From: Euglena gracilis
Lineage: Eukaryota
Reading direction: 5' to 3'
Length of the DNA stretch: 64,000 nucleotides
Assembly (NCBI GenBank): GCA_039621445.1
Contig: CP154954.1
Coordinates: 29,950,395-30,014,394 of the forward strand
Part shown: one piece after another, positions 37,952 to 50,177 of the stretch
Layout of the letters: every line of letters begins with the position of its first letter
Position numbering within the stretch: the first letter of the stretch is position 1
Program-made: the position numbers and the translations under genes
Notes under the pieces: model-generated
Told to the model about the DNA's origin: nothing
Databases searched by the model: none
What the model saw: the letters and a program-made list of their open reading frames with translations, nothing else

Positions 37952-38822
37952 CTTGTGGCGAGGGCCAAAAGAGACGTTTCCCTGGGCCCGGGGCACGGTC
38001 TGGGTGAAGCTGTGCTACCCGCCGTGAATTTGCTGACTCCCTAGCACCTGCATGATTCTGAACTATTTTCGTGCAGAACTCTGGTGGTGGGGCGAGCCGA
38101 ATCCACCGACCAGTGGCACAGGACTTGTTCCGGGAAGTAAGGCTATGTACAACACGGCAGAGTGTGCGACACGGTAGGTGCAAAAGAAGGGCGGAGAGGA
38201 CAGACAAGGGGGGGGGAGGTAAGGTGGGCGGTCAAGGACGATGGGTGTGAACCATGCTGTGTCAGGGGGGGGGGCGCTAACCCCCCCCCAAATAATACCC
38301 CCCCCCCCAAATAATACCCCCCCCAAATAATCCCCCCCCCCCTTGGGGTCCGACTTCGGCCGCCGAAATAATACCCCCCCCCCCTGTTCCGGGCCGAAGG
38401 CCCGGATTTTTGACCTGAAAATGTTGGTAAAAATCACAATTTCTGACAACAAATTATGGAAAAAATGAATTTTTCTGGCTCATCTGACCTCCAAAAATGG
38501 TAAATTTCACAAGAAAGTGCAAAAAATGACCCCAAAGGGCGGTTTTGGGTGCTATTTTGGGTTTTACGGGACTTCGGAAAATTTCGAAATTTTTGGAAAA
38601 ATAATACCCCCCCCCCCAAATAATACCCCCCCCCTCGGGCCGGGACTTCGGGCGAAAAAATAATACCCCGGGGGGGGTATTATTTGGGGGGGGTTTATAC
38701 AGGCACTCGGCGATGGAACCCGTATCGGCGATGGAAAGGGAGGGGAGGGCCGATGGGTAGGAACGGAAGGGAGGGAGGGAGAGGAGGGAGGGAGGGGGGA
38801 GGGGAACGGATTTACCCTGGTA

Positions 38823-39059
38823 CCACCTCCCCCCCCCTAATTGACCCCCCCCCCCTAATTGACCGATCGCCCCGGGGAAAATTTTTTCGACCCCCCCCTA
38901 ATTGACTACCCGGGAGGATTCCATGCTGAAGCACCCCCTAATTGATGGTACCCCCCCCCTAATTGACCAACCCCCCCCCTAATTGAACCCCCCCCCTAAT
39001 TGACCAAAAGAGGGGTCCCGTGGAGAGGTCCCACGGTCAATTAGGGGGGGGGGAGGTGG
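38823..39059. mobile_element. TA-TSD MITE with ccctaattga internal repeats
   Basis: ta|ccacctcccccccctaattgacc ... ggtcaattagg(g)nAggtgg|ta. Confidence 0.7.
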
Positions 39060-39106
39060 TAGGTCTATGGGGAGAGTTATGTGAGGAAGTCATATAAACG
39101 GGCTTA

Positions 39107-39467
39107 CCATGCCCCCCCCCCCCGAGCTATTCCCGTCCCCGGGACCCTTTACGGCCCAATGGGAACAGTACGGGGGGGAACAGCTCGGGGGGGGGGGGAC
39201 CTGGGTCCCCCCCCCCCGAGCTATTCCCATACCCGACCCTCGGGCAACCCAAAAGGGGTCATTTTTGGCAACTTTTTGGATGTTCGCAAAAAATGGTCAA
39301 TTTTGAGCACATTTGCCAAAAGGTGATTTTTGAAAATGGTCCAAAAACGTCGATTTTTGACCACTTTCATAGGAAGTTCTTTATAAAAAGTGCTATGACA
39401 GTGAACTATTCCCGTACCCCCAATGGGAATAGCTCGGGGGGGGGGATAGCTCGGGGGGGGGGGATGG
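39107..39467. mobile_element. TA-TSD (Tc1/mariner-type) MITE
   Basis: ta|ccatgcccc..gagctattccc ... gggatagctc..gggatgg|ta. Related copies at 44983-45348, about 36280-36600 and about 28080-28360. Confidence 0.7.
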
Positions 39468-41282
39468 TAATGGCTGCGCTCCTTGGTAATCAGGAGGGAG
39501 CTGAGCTGAGAGGCGATCCCTGAGAACAGAGCAAGGGGGAGACCCTGTTGCAGTTCTGCAAGGATCGGAACTACGTGCTGTCACGCCCAAAGGAGCCCCA
39601 CACGCTGAGGATCAGCAGCAGGGAGAATCGGGCCCCTCGTGCCACGCACCGTGCCTCATATTTGGTGACCTTCCGATCGGCCCGGCTCCGAAGGAGGTCC
39701 CAGGGCGGTAGATTCCACGGAGACAAGGCATGGGGGGGGGTCCGAGGGGGGGGGGGTTGGAAGCTGTACAGGGGGGGTCCCCAGAAAATCACAACTGTAC
39801 TGCCTACCCCCGAGACAGTTGCGACATTTTTCGCCCAATTGAGGTTGGGAATGATGGATTTTGCGAAATTCAGATGCATTTTGCGAAATATTTGTCTCTT
39901 GTAAAAAGAATGGTAGCCCGTGTTTTCACTGGGGGGTCGGCACACCCCTCCCCCCCCCCCCTCACCGACCCCCTCGCCACGCCATTTTACCCCCCCCTTT
40001 TCAGACCCCCTCGCCACGCCATGTCAGGCCCGCCAAAGAAAATTTTCTTGGCAAACCCCCGCGCACCCCTCCCCCCCATCCAGATCCAGGACCCCCTCGC
40101 CACGCCAACCCCCCCCCCTGCCGGAAACCTCGTCGCGGCGGGCCGACCCCCCACTTTAAACACTTAGCAGAAAGGCAGGAAGCAGCTTCAATCACTCCCC
40201 CTTGGCACACCATGCGGAATTGAGTCAAGGTTGACATTTTTTTTGTTTTTTTAAAAAAACAATTTTTTGGGGGGAAAACACAAAAAAAACATGTTTTCTT
40301 TCTGAAAAAGCAAAAATTGACCTTTTCCCTTGCAAAATGGCCATTAAGGTTGCCCAATTAATCAATCTTGAGGCTGATTGATTAATTGATTATTGCTCTC
40401 CTCAATCAAATTCCCAAAAATGTGTGATAAACTCTATTTTTGGACCCAAAAGTTCTAAAAATGGTCACACATCATTGTATGTTAGGTCATGCTGGTCACA
40501 TGTGACCTGTCAAAACTGCCACATTCCCACCACAACCCCCCCAACCCCACCCGCAACCCATACACCCCCACAATGTCAAGGCACTTTTTGTGAAGGATTC
40601 TTAGAAGAGAGAGAGAGAAAAGGGGGTTTTGGGGGGGTTGGTTTCAGGTACTCTCATTCCTATCAAACTCCAACGCCAAAGTGGATGCTTGGGAGGTGCA
40701 ATTTTCAAGCATGTGAATCAAAAAGGTTCCGTTTTTGGCATTTTGGGTGGCTTTTGGGGTCTAACTTGCTTGGTTAGTTGATGTGGGAACAGTAAGGGGG
40801 GGGAGCTCGACCCCCCTCCCTTACTGTTCCCATGGACCCAAAAGGGGGCCACAGGACGAGAATAGTAAGGGGGGGACATGGTATCCCATGTTTGTTGACC
40901 CTTTCTGCCCCTGTGAAGGAGGAGGTGGGCAAGTGACTGTTGAAAGAAATAGTGTTTCGCAAATGATCCATCTTCTAAGTCTGCGTCTTAGGCGCAGGGA
41001 CTCAGGACGGAGTCTGCGTCTAAGACGCAGGACTTCGGGCAGGACGGAGTCTGCGTCTTAAGACGCAGACTCCGTCCTGAGTACTGCGTCTTAAGGAAAA
41101 TGTGACTGAATGAACTGAATGAAAAGGAGAATGGTGTGAAAACGAAGCTAAAAGCTTCTTCAAAGCCTCTTTGTGCCATTGGCAATGGGGAATCCCCATC
41201 CAAAATGCAAAGGGAATGCCATGAGAAGCAGCCGCAACGTCGCAAGGTTATTGTGACGTGCGAAACGGCAATTGTGCCGTGG

Positions 41283-41941
41283 TCAATCTGAGCACATTTG
41301 CCAGAAACTCCGGGACTCATACCAACTCTTCCAATTTGTTTGGGTAAAAAGTAGTGCCACCTCGTGGTCGGTCAAAACCGCCACAGACTCCTTCCGTGCC
41401 ATGAAATTGCGGGACCTTGTGCAAGCGTTGAAAAAGAGCACAAAATTTGGAAACTGTTTGCTTGCACTGGGGACAATGCCATGTTCGGGACGCGTAGTCT
41501 TGTACCTTGAAGCCAATGCGTTGACTGTTGCTCTTAGGTTGTGGGGCCCCATTCCCGAACAGCAACACCAGTGGCTCGACAAATTTCCTTCCTCTGTTGT
41601 AGGGCTGATTCTCGCTCCTGATGGTTGTCCAAAACACAATCCACTGACAGCGTCCACTTTGCAAAGGCAGTGAACCACTCATCCAAATTCGGCAAAATGA
41701 TCTGCCTGTGGTCCAACACCTTTGCAAAGTCCAACGCGGCGAGAATTGCCATTTTTCGGTTTCTCTCTGTTCCTGGAGGAGGACGAGCCACTTTGGAAAA
41801 AGTTGCCCCAAATAGGGCGGTGTCCGCTGGCAAATCTTCAGAAGGAGTGTATGCCTTTTTCAAAGCTTCTAAAAATTCAGGTACAGGTGGCAAGGGTCCA
41901 AGGCCTGCCTCAGCCACGTTCACCAACTGTGCGGCCATCAT
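41283..41941 (-). pseudogene. Frameshifted coding remnant of unknown function, weakly resembling the N-terminal half of a Crypton-type tyrosine recombinase
   Basis: ORF 41534-41941 joins the overlapping 41283-41678 frame if one C is restored (acaacc[c]taaga, giving GPTTLRATVNALASRYK...VAVLTDHEVALLF). The resemblance is by eye only. Confidence 0.35.
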
Positions 41942-41951
41942 TGTGATTGGC

Positions 41952-41983
<32 letters not shown>

Positions 41984-42020
41984 AGAGAGAGAGATAATAT
42001 AACAGCAACACCGATTCCCC

Positions 42021-43338
42021 CAGCAACACCGATTCAGAAGAGAGATTTACGCAGTGGCCCTGCGTCCCATGGAGCTTTCCATGGCATTTTTCCCAGAATT
42101 GCATGGCGCGGTTGTTTCGCACCCCCATGCCTCGCCCCCAGCGCCCCATTTTGTGGGCTAAACCCGCGGCAGTTCTGCTGAGCAACCGGCGGCTCAGGCC
42201 ATCCCCTCCCCCCGGGGCTGGTGCTGCGACCCCAGGACCGGCGGCTTAATTTGGGTACTCGCGCCCCAAGCCTTCGGGTGCCGTCCGTATTTTTCGGCAA
42301 TTTTTGCCTTTCTCCACACCAAAAGGGCCTTGTCTCGCCCTCCACAAAGGGTGCTGTCCCGGAGGGTGCCCCGTAGGTAGTGGACCATTTTTCCGTCCCG
42401 CGCTGCCTTGTTTTTGGGGCCAGTTTTTTTCAGCCCCCCCCTCCCCCACCCCCGGGAGGGTGAAGCAGAGCTCGTTTTTAACGGTCTGCACCACACAGAC
42501 AAGAGTGGTCGGGGACGAGGGTTGGCAGGGTCGTCTCCCCGACGATGCCCCACCTGCCAGCCTGGGGCGAAACCGCAACACAGACTGACAACACACGCTC
42601 CCACACCGACTGACAACACACTTCCCCCAGAAGCACACACTCTCGGGTCGGTAAGGAGTTCCCCCCAAAGGAGTTCCCCCAGCAACACCGATTCAGAAGA
42701 GAGATTTACGCAGTGGCCCTGCGTCCCATGGAGCTTTCCATGGCATTTTTCCCAGAATTGCATGGCGCGGTTGTTTCGCACCCCCATGCCTCGCCCCCAG
42801 CGCCCCATTTTGTGGGCTAAACCCGCGGCAGTTCTGCTGAGCAACCGGCGGCTCAGGCCATCCCCTCCCCCCGGGGCTGGTGCTGCGACCCCAGGACCGG
42901 CGGCTTAATTTGGGTACTCGCGCCCCAAGCCTTCGGGTGCCGTCCGTATTTTTCGGCAATTTTTGCCTTTCTCCACACCAAAAGGGCCTTGTCTCGCCCT
43001 CCACAAAGGGTGCTGTCCCGGAGGGTGCCCCGTAGGTAGTGGACCATTTTTCCGTCCCGCGCTGCCTTGTTTTTGGGGCCAGTTTTTTTCAGCCCCCCCC
43101 TCCCCCACCCCCGGGAGGGTGAAGCAGAGCTCGTTTTTAACGGTCTGCACCACACAGACAAGAGTGGTCGGGGACGAGGGTTGGCAGGGTCGTCTCCCCG
43201 ACGATGCCCCACCTGCCAGCCTGGGGCGAAACCGCAACACAGACTGACAACACACGCTCCCACACCGACTGACAACACACTTCCCCCAGAAGCACACACT
43301 CTCGGGTCGGTAAGGAGTTCCCCCCAAAGGAGTTCCCC
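42021..43338. repeat. Two head-to-tail 659-bp copies plus a partial third
   Basis: cagcaacaccgattcagaagagagat recurs at 42021, 42680 and 43339; ORF-track translations repeat with a 659-nt offset. Confidence 0.92.
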
Positions 43339-44982
43339 CAGCAACACCGATTCAGAAGAGAGATAATATAACAAAAATTCCACTGTCAAAGCCGCAGGCT
43401 CCGTCCCGAGTCCCTGCACCTCTACTACGCAGACTTAAAAAAACTGCGTCTTAAGACGCAAACTCCGTCCTGAGTCCTGCGTCTAAGACGCAGGACTCAG
43501 GACGGAGTCTGCGTCTAAGACGCAGTTTTTGCTATAGTGTTTGTTGCATGCCATTGTCAATGTCTTGAAGTCAAGCATGCGGGCTTTTTCCATTGTGCAA
43601 TGGGTGATTTATAATGGAGGCGATTATTTTCGATTAATTGCCCGCCGATTTGAATGATTAATCAGGGGGTGTCGATCGATAAATCGATTAATCGATTAAT
43701 CGGAGCAACCTTAATGGCCATTTTTGAGGAAAAGGTTCTAAGGTCATTTTTTTTGGGTCATCAAAAAGTGACGTTTTTTTGGTTTTTCCAGACCCTTCAT
43801 TTGAAAATGCTTTTCATGGCACGTGTGAAAAAATCCTTCGAACCTGCAGAGTTTAAAAAAGACGTTTTTTTTCTATAAAAAAACATTTCAAAAAAATTTC
43901 CCCCAAACCCACCATGAGGTTTTTTTTTGAAAAAAAAACATATTTTTTCTTGGGGGGTGCTACCCCCGTGACCCCCCCCCCCGTTACACCCCCGTGACCC
44001 CCCCGTGACCCGAGAATCGATCCTTCGCCATTCTTTTTTTAAAAGCATTTTTTAAAAAACGAACTTTTATGTATCCTTGTCCACCCAATGCACCTTCACA
44101 CCCAAAAATGGCCAAGGAGATCAGGCAGTAGACTTTGGTCATTTTGACCCCCACCCCCCCCTATGGTGAAGTTCACCGTTTGAAAGTTCACCGGGGGATC
44201 CCGTAACCCATCGGTGAACTTCACCGGTGAAGTTCACCAAGAGAGTTCTTTTTTGGCCAAAAATGGCCAAAAATGGCATTTTGGGCAAGTTTTCGGAAAT
44301 TTCGATAAAATTCCATGAAGCATCAACCTCAAAATGACCATTTTGAGAGGAAAGGAGCAAAATTTTACCCATGAAAATTTCACCCCCAACCATCAAACGG
44401 TGAAGTTCACCGGTGAACTTCACTGGTGAACTTCACCGCCGAAAGTACCAGCGCAAGGCGGTAGACTTGGGGTCCGGTGTAGCGGTAGATAGGCCGCCTA
44501 GTCGGCCCGTACTTCACGGCCAAAGTTCACAGACGAGTTCTTTTTTGGCCAAAAGGGCCAAAAATGCTTTCGGATAGCTAGTTTCCGGGTAAATTCCATA
44601 AGGGTCAACCTCAAAATGACCATTTTTGAGAGGATGAGCTTTATTGCCCCTGAACTTTTACCCCACCATCAACGGGTGTTTTTCACCGTTTTGTTTATTC
44701 ATCTGCTAGTAGAACTTCAGTAGTCGGGGAGGGTAGTAGCCTGGGGGGTCGGGGGTAGTGCATGAGTGTCAGTCCGTTAGTGGGTGTAGGTGGACGACCC
44801 AATTGTTCCCAAGTCGGCCTAGTCGGCCAGAAATAAAAAAAAAAGCTAGTCGCGAGACATTGGGGGTGGGGTAGTAGTGGGTAGTCGGCCAACTAGTCGG
44901 CCGACTACCCACTCTAATGTACTAACGGGTCAAAACCGCCGACTTTTAAGCCCCCCCCATGAACAAAATCCAATGGAAACTA

Positions 44983-45348
44983 CCATGCCCCCCCCCCCCC
45001 CCGAGCTATTCCCGTCCCCGGGACCCTTTACGGCCCAATGGGAACAGTACGGGGGGGGGAACAGCTCGGGGGGGGGGGACCTAGGTCCCCCCCCAAGCTA
45101 TTCCCATACCGACCCTCGGGCACTCCAAAAGGGGTCATTTTTGGCAACTTTTTTGGATGTTCGCAAAAAATGGTCAATTTTGAGCACATTTGCCAAAAGG
45201 TGATTTTTGAAAATGGTCCAAAAACGTCGATTTTTGACCACTTTCCTAGGAAGTTCTTTATAAAAAGTGCTATGACAGTGAGCTATTCCCGTACCCCCAA
45301 TGGGAATAGCTCGGGGGGGGGGAATAGCTCGGGGGGGGGGGGGGATGG
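44983..45348. mobile_element. TA-TSD MITE, same family as 39107-39467
   Basis: Flanked by TA on both sides; interrupts a repeat that is uninterrupted at about 18440-18470. Confidence 0.75.
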
Positions 45349-45709
45349 TAGTCGGTGGCTAGTCGGCGGTCATAAAAATGGTCTGTGGCGGGCCCAAATC
45401 ACCCGGAAATGGTCCGGATGGGTCCAAATAAGTGTCTTACGCCTAAATAAACACCCCCAGATGGAAATCTTTGTCAACATATCTCGGGGGCTAACTAAGC
45501 GTTTTGTGTTCAAGTGGGGCCGGTCGGTGGTTGCCCTTGGGGGGTCCGGATGGGAGGGGTTGTGGGGGTCCGGAAAAAAAACCAATGATTTGCACCGAGC
45601 TGGGCACCCCCCCCCAGGGATACATAAACAATCCTTTAGAAATGCAATCTGCAATCTTCGTTCTGCATCACGAGAGGCTGAAAACTCCCCCCTCCACCCC
45701 AATCCGAGA

Positions 45710-46233
45710 CTCAAATAACAAAATCCCTTCTGTGTTGGCAACATACTCGGGGGCTAAGTCGTTTTTGTGGCTCACTTTGGCATAGGCTGGTGGGGTTCCT
45801 TCCCTTTGCACCCCCCCCCTCAAATAACAAAATCCCTTCTGTGTTGGCAACATACTCGGTGGCTAAGTCGTTTTTGTGGTTCAGTTTGGCATAGGCGGGG
45901 GGGGGGGGCTCCCCCCCCCCCCCCCCCCCCCCCCCCCCTTAAATAACAAAATCCCTTCTGTGTTGGCAACCTACTCGGGGGCTAAGTCGTTTTTGTGGCT
46001 CACTTTGGCATAGCCGGGGGGGCTCTGCCCCCGCACCCCCCCCTCAAATAATAAAATCCCTTCTGTGTTGGCAACATATTCGGGGGCTAAGTCGTTTTTG
46101 TGGCTCACTTTGGCATAGGCGGGGGGGGGGGGGACGGGGGCTCCGCCCCCCCCTGCACCCCCCCCTCAAATAACAAAATCCCTTCTGTGTTGGCAACATA
46201 CTCGGGGGCTAAATCGTTTTTGTGGCTTACTTT
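45710..46233. repeat. Tandem array of about five 110-120 bp units
   Basis: aaataacaaaatcccttctgtgttggcaac...tcgtttttgtgg repeated, separated by G-run/C-run segments. Confidence 0.85.
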
Positions 46234-48683
46234 GTGAACTTGGCGGGCTCCCCTTGCCCCCTCGGAAAACGGCTTTTTTTGAAACAAAAAAAAACAATTT
46301 TTTTAAGGGGGTGGTGCGGGTCGGGGGGGGGGGGGATGGGGGGGGGGGGGGGGGGGGGGGGGGGGGTCATGGGGGAAGTGTGCCACTTTGCAGGTAGGTG
46401 CCACTTTGCAGGTCGGGAGGCAACATCCATGCCGTTGTATCGTGATAAAATTGGTCATTCTTTGAAAGGGAATTTTGTTAGGATTTTCTTGACCAACACG
46501 TTTTTGGGATGAAGTTTCGGCCATTTTTGACAAAATTCCATTTTGGGTGTGGAAATGCACCAGTTTTTGGCACTTCTTTTAGGGGGCAAGATTCTTGGGA
46601 GGTTAGGCAGGGGTGGGGGGGGCTGTGGACCCCCCCGGTGAAGTTCACCGGTGAACATTCACCGGGGGGGGGGGTACTTTCAATGGCACAGGGAAGGGAA
46701 AAAAGGCGAGAAGGGGTGGGGGGGGCAGGAGGGCGGGGCGGTAAACGGGAGGGCTTCCGGGTGGTTGGGCCAAACGGTAAGACTTGGGGGGGGGGGTAGG
46801 GGGAGTGGTAGTGAGTAGTCGCCGACCCTAGATCGGCTCCAACTAAGACGTATCAATTGGTTCGAACAAACCCGAAGAGTCGGTTGCCGACTAATTGGTC
46901 TCGGGTTTAGCTAGCAGGTGTGGGCCTCGTCTTTTATTAGTCGTTTTAAAAACATCGTTTTAAATCAGTTTTTTAAAAACCCAGTCGTCGAAAATCAAAA
47001 AGGACGGGTTTTCGACAGTATGGAAAAAAGACATAGGGCCCCTTGACACGTCGTGTTCACGATGGACCCCGGGGGGCAAGCGCACCGTGCCGGGCCGGCA
47101 TGCCCACGACGTACTGAACGCCGATATGGGTTAGCGGTGGGTTGTGGGTGGGTGGGGTAGTAGGTTAGTGTCCTGCGCAGTCGTGAACTAGCAGTTCGCC
47201 AGTCGCCGTCGCCGAGGAGGGGGGGCAGTTCTTTTTTCCCAAGGAACGGGTTTCACTCCCCAGTTCCCTTGACACTGGACCCTCGATTTTCAGTAATCAA
47301 AAAAAAAAAAAAGGTAGCAGATTGCCTTATGTTTTGCTGAAGAACAACCCGTACCATTTTTTTGGGGGGGAACCCCAAGCAAAGGTAAACGTTCCCTTAA
47401 ACTTTGCCCCTTTTGACCCCCTTTTATGGAGTCAAGGCAAAAACAAAAACAGGGTTGTGGGGGAATTCTGTCTCGAAATGAGTTTGGTTGCGATAATGTG
47501 CGGGTTGCCGGGGCAGTCGCACGCCAAGATGCAGCTGCAGGTTTGGATTCACCAGGGGGTGTCCGGGGGGGGGGGGAGGGGGCAAGCAACGCCACACCAA
47601 AACCAGAAAAAAAGGAAAACCCATCGATACAGATTGAGGAACCGTCCAACCCACAGCGTTTTCAATGTTGGCCACAGAAAAAACAGAAAGTTGCAGACCT
47701 CTTTTTTTTAGAACATCTCCTCAGTCGATCCACGTGCGCAACACAGGCTGTGCCGAAAAACACAGCCGGGCCGGGCTGAAGCAGGGGGGGGGGGGGTTAC
47801 AGTACATCGTTGTCGTCGGCATCCCACTCGTTGAGTCGCGGTCAGCTCCCGGCTCAGGAAGCTGAGTTGACTTCAGGCCCCCCCTGCGGAGACAGGGGAA
47901 GGGGGGGGCAGAAAGGCCCCCCCACGTACCGGGGTTGTGTCGGCTGCCGCTGGCGTCGGCAGCCAAAAATTTCCCCAAAAATTCGCCAAAATTTTAAAAT
48001 TATGCCAATGGTGCAATTAGCCCCCCCCCTTGCCCAATCCGCGGGGGGGGAGTGATTGAAGAATGCACGTCTTCCGCGGGGGGGGCCAGACTTTCTGTGC
48101 TGAAGTGGGCCTTATGGCACGTTCTCGTTCGGAAGGGGTGCACCACAGGAGAGGAGAGAACCTGTGAAACGTGGGCCCGGACAAAGCAGATTTCTCGAGA
48201 CCCAGTCGCGGACTTCGATGACAAAACCAATAAACCCGGCACCAATAGGAAAGCAGCTTGATGGGGGCCGGGACAGAGGCCCATTGGGCGTTAAAACGCA
48301 CGATTGGCCCAAACCCGTTGTGGTGGGGGAGGGGGGTCTCAGGGCAAGTCGTTTTTTTGCAGTGAAAATGTGCTCTTCCCGACTCTTTTTCGGACGCGCA
48401 AAAAAATTTGGCACGCAAAATTTTTTTTGCATTCGGTGACTTGGACACGCTGCAGATCTCTGCCCCCCCCCCAAATGAGCTCCCTAACAGTCATGAATGT
48501 AGTCACCTGGGAGGGGGGGGGTTCGGGGGCCCGAAAGAAATGAATTCCCAAACAGTCCTCAACGGGGGGGCCACTCAGGTAAATCCACAAGTGTGCTGAC
48601 GGGGGAGGGGGGGGGGGCATCGGCATCGTGGTTGGCGCTCCAGGCTGGCGCTCGTCGCCGCTGCGCCGTGCAGTCAGCCGTAC

Positions 48684-49754
48684 CATGCCGAGGTACGTGG
48701 CCGTGTGGGGCACCCCAGTGGTGTCCTCCACCCCAATCAGGTACGACTGGTTTGGCCGCAGGCAGCTGTCTCAGCAGGGGATCCGCAAGGCACCGCAACC
48801 CCAGACTGCCGCCTGACTCCCACGGCAATGCTCACGGCAACCACAGGCTCGTTTGTCACAGCCAGGTCCACACGGACATTAACCAATGCGTGAAGCCATC
48901 CGTTGCACGATGAGTCCCTTTCCACAATTCAATGCATGATGCCAGCAGAGTATGAAAAGCATCTCTGTCATAAACGACACATTCCAGGATCATGAAACCC
49001 CAACCAACACATTCTGCCGCCGGCAAAGCAGATTACCAGCATGCCGGACCAGACATCGTCATCCTGCAGGGGGGACCTGGACGATGTACTCCATCCATCC
49101 ACCATCAATGTAGCAGACCGTCCAGTGACTGACCGCACCACCCTCTGGAACTCCGCCTCGTACAACGCGTTCAGGAGCGGCCCGCCGACCGACTTCCGCG
49201 ACGGCGGCCGGTAGCCAGGTCTCAGGGCTTGGATCAGCTTCAGCATGTTCTGGTTCTCTGCCGTTCTGAACGGCATGCGGCAGCCCACGATTGCGCGGAC
49301 GAAGAGCTCGTCCAGGCGGCGCCGGGTGGACTCGTCGGTGACGATGGGGTGCAGCCGCTCCTGGTACCGTACCTTCTTCCGGGGGGTCTCCGTCTGCAGC
49401 ACCTCTGAGAAGACAGACTCGGGCATCCGTTCGGGAAGTGACACGCACCCGGGGAGATGGGCCCATTGGTACTGCTACTGCTGCTGCTGGAGGACTGTGT
49501 TCCGCTGTCGTCCACCACCACACAATCCATCAATCCAGCACTGATAAGGCCGGGGCAGGCCTCCGCGTGACGCCAAAGGCGAGACACCTGAGACAGGAAG
49601 GCAAACAGTTGCAGTTTTTTGCTGGACAGCACACCACCACCACTGGAGACGTATCCTGGCCGCATCCGCGGCATATGGCCTTCACGGCCCCCTTCTCGTC
49701 GGACTGGCGAATATAATAAACCCAAACTCCATCCAGTCGGCGGCCGCCTGTCAT
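48684..49754 (-). pseudogene. hAT-superfamily transposase, 5' part (BED zinc finger plus start of catalytic domain), intron-containing, truncated
   Basis: Exons 49644-49754, 49449-49587, 49083-49404, 48819-48857 and 48684-48753 join in frame: VWVYY..KAICRGC..SRLWRHAEAC (BED), MPFRTAEN..L.PGYRPPSRK, TLMVDGWSTSTNEPVV, YLIGVEDTTGVPHTATYL. I found no continuation below 48684. Confidence 0.85.
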
Positions 49755-50177
49755 GGCTGGGAGATAGCAGCCATGTCAGCCAAACGGTGGTGGGGTGAAC
49801 CGAGTCCACCGACCAGTGGCACAGCCTACTGGATTTGACGTGTTCAGGTGGTAAGGCTATGTACAGAAGCGACAGTCTCAGGGTAATGTGGTCAGGTGAC
49901 CCGGAATCGGCCATGTCGGGACCGATTCCGACCGGCCCCAGGGGGCACCCTTGATGTGTGCCAGCCAATTAGGTCTCAGGCCTGTTCAGTGCAGATGTGG
50001 TTAGGAGTATGTACAAATACAGCAAGCGCGGCGGACGCTTGAGCAAAGCTCAAGGTTGGGGGTTTGGGGAGTTTAGGTTTATGTGTGTTGGTCCATAGGA
50101 CCAGTGTGAAGGGGTGTGAAGGGAGAGGTGGGGAAAAAGGGAGGGGAGTGTGAGGGCACCGGCGTTGGTGTGTGTTA

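Larger units (their letters stand above)
40345..43713. mobile_element. hAT-type element (3.37 kb including nested inserts)
   Basis: TIR taaggttgc/gcaacctta, subterminal gattaatc-type repeats, perfect 8-bp TSD atggccat. It is inserted into another MITE that begins caaggttgac near 40226. Confidence 0.8.

Noticed and set aside
45710-46233. Repeat-spacer pattern resembling a CRISPR array
   Set aside because: The constant part is about 75 bp, the spacers are homologous G-run/C-run segments rather than unique sequences, there are no cas genes, and the context is eukaryotic.
46680-47290. Apparently novel sequence between repeats (also about 44460-44800)
   Set aside because: It reads as garbled versions of neighbouring repeat families, so it is likely decayed or low-quality consensus.
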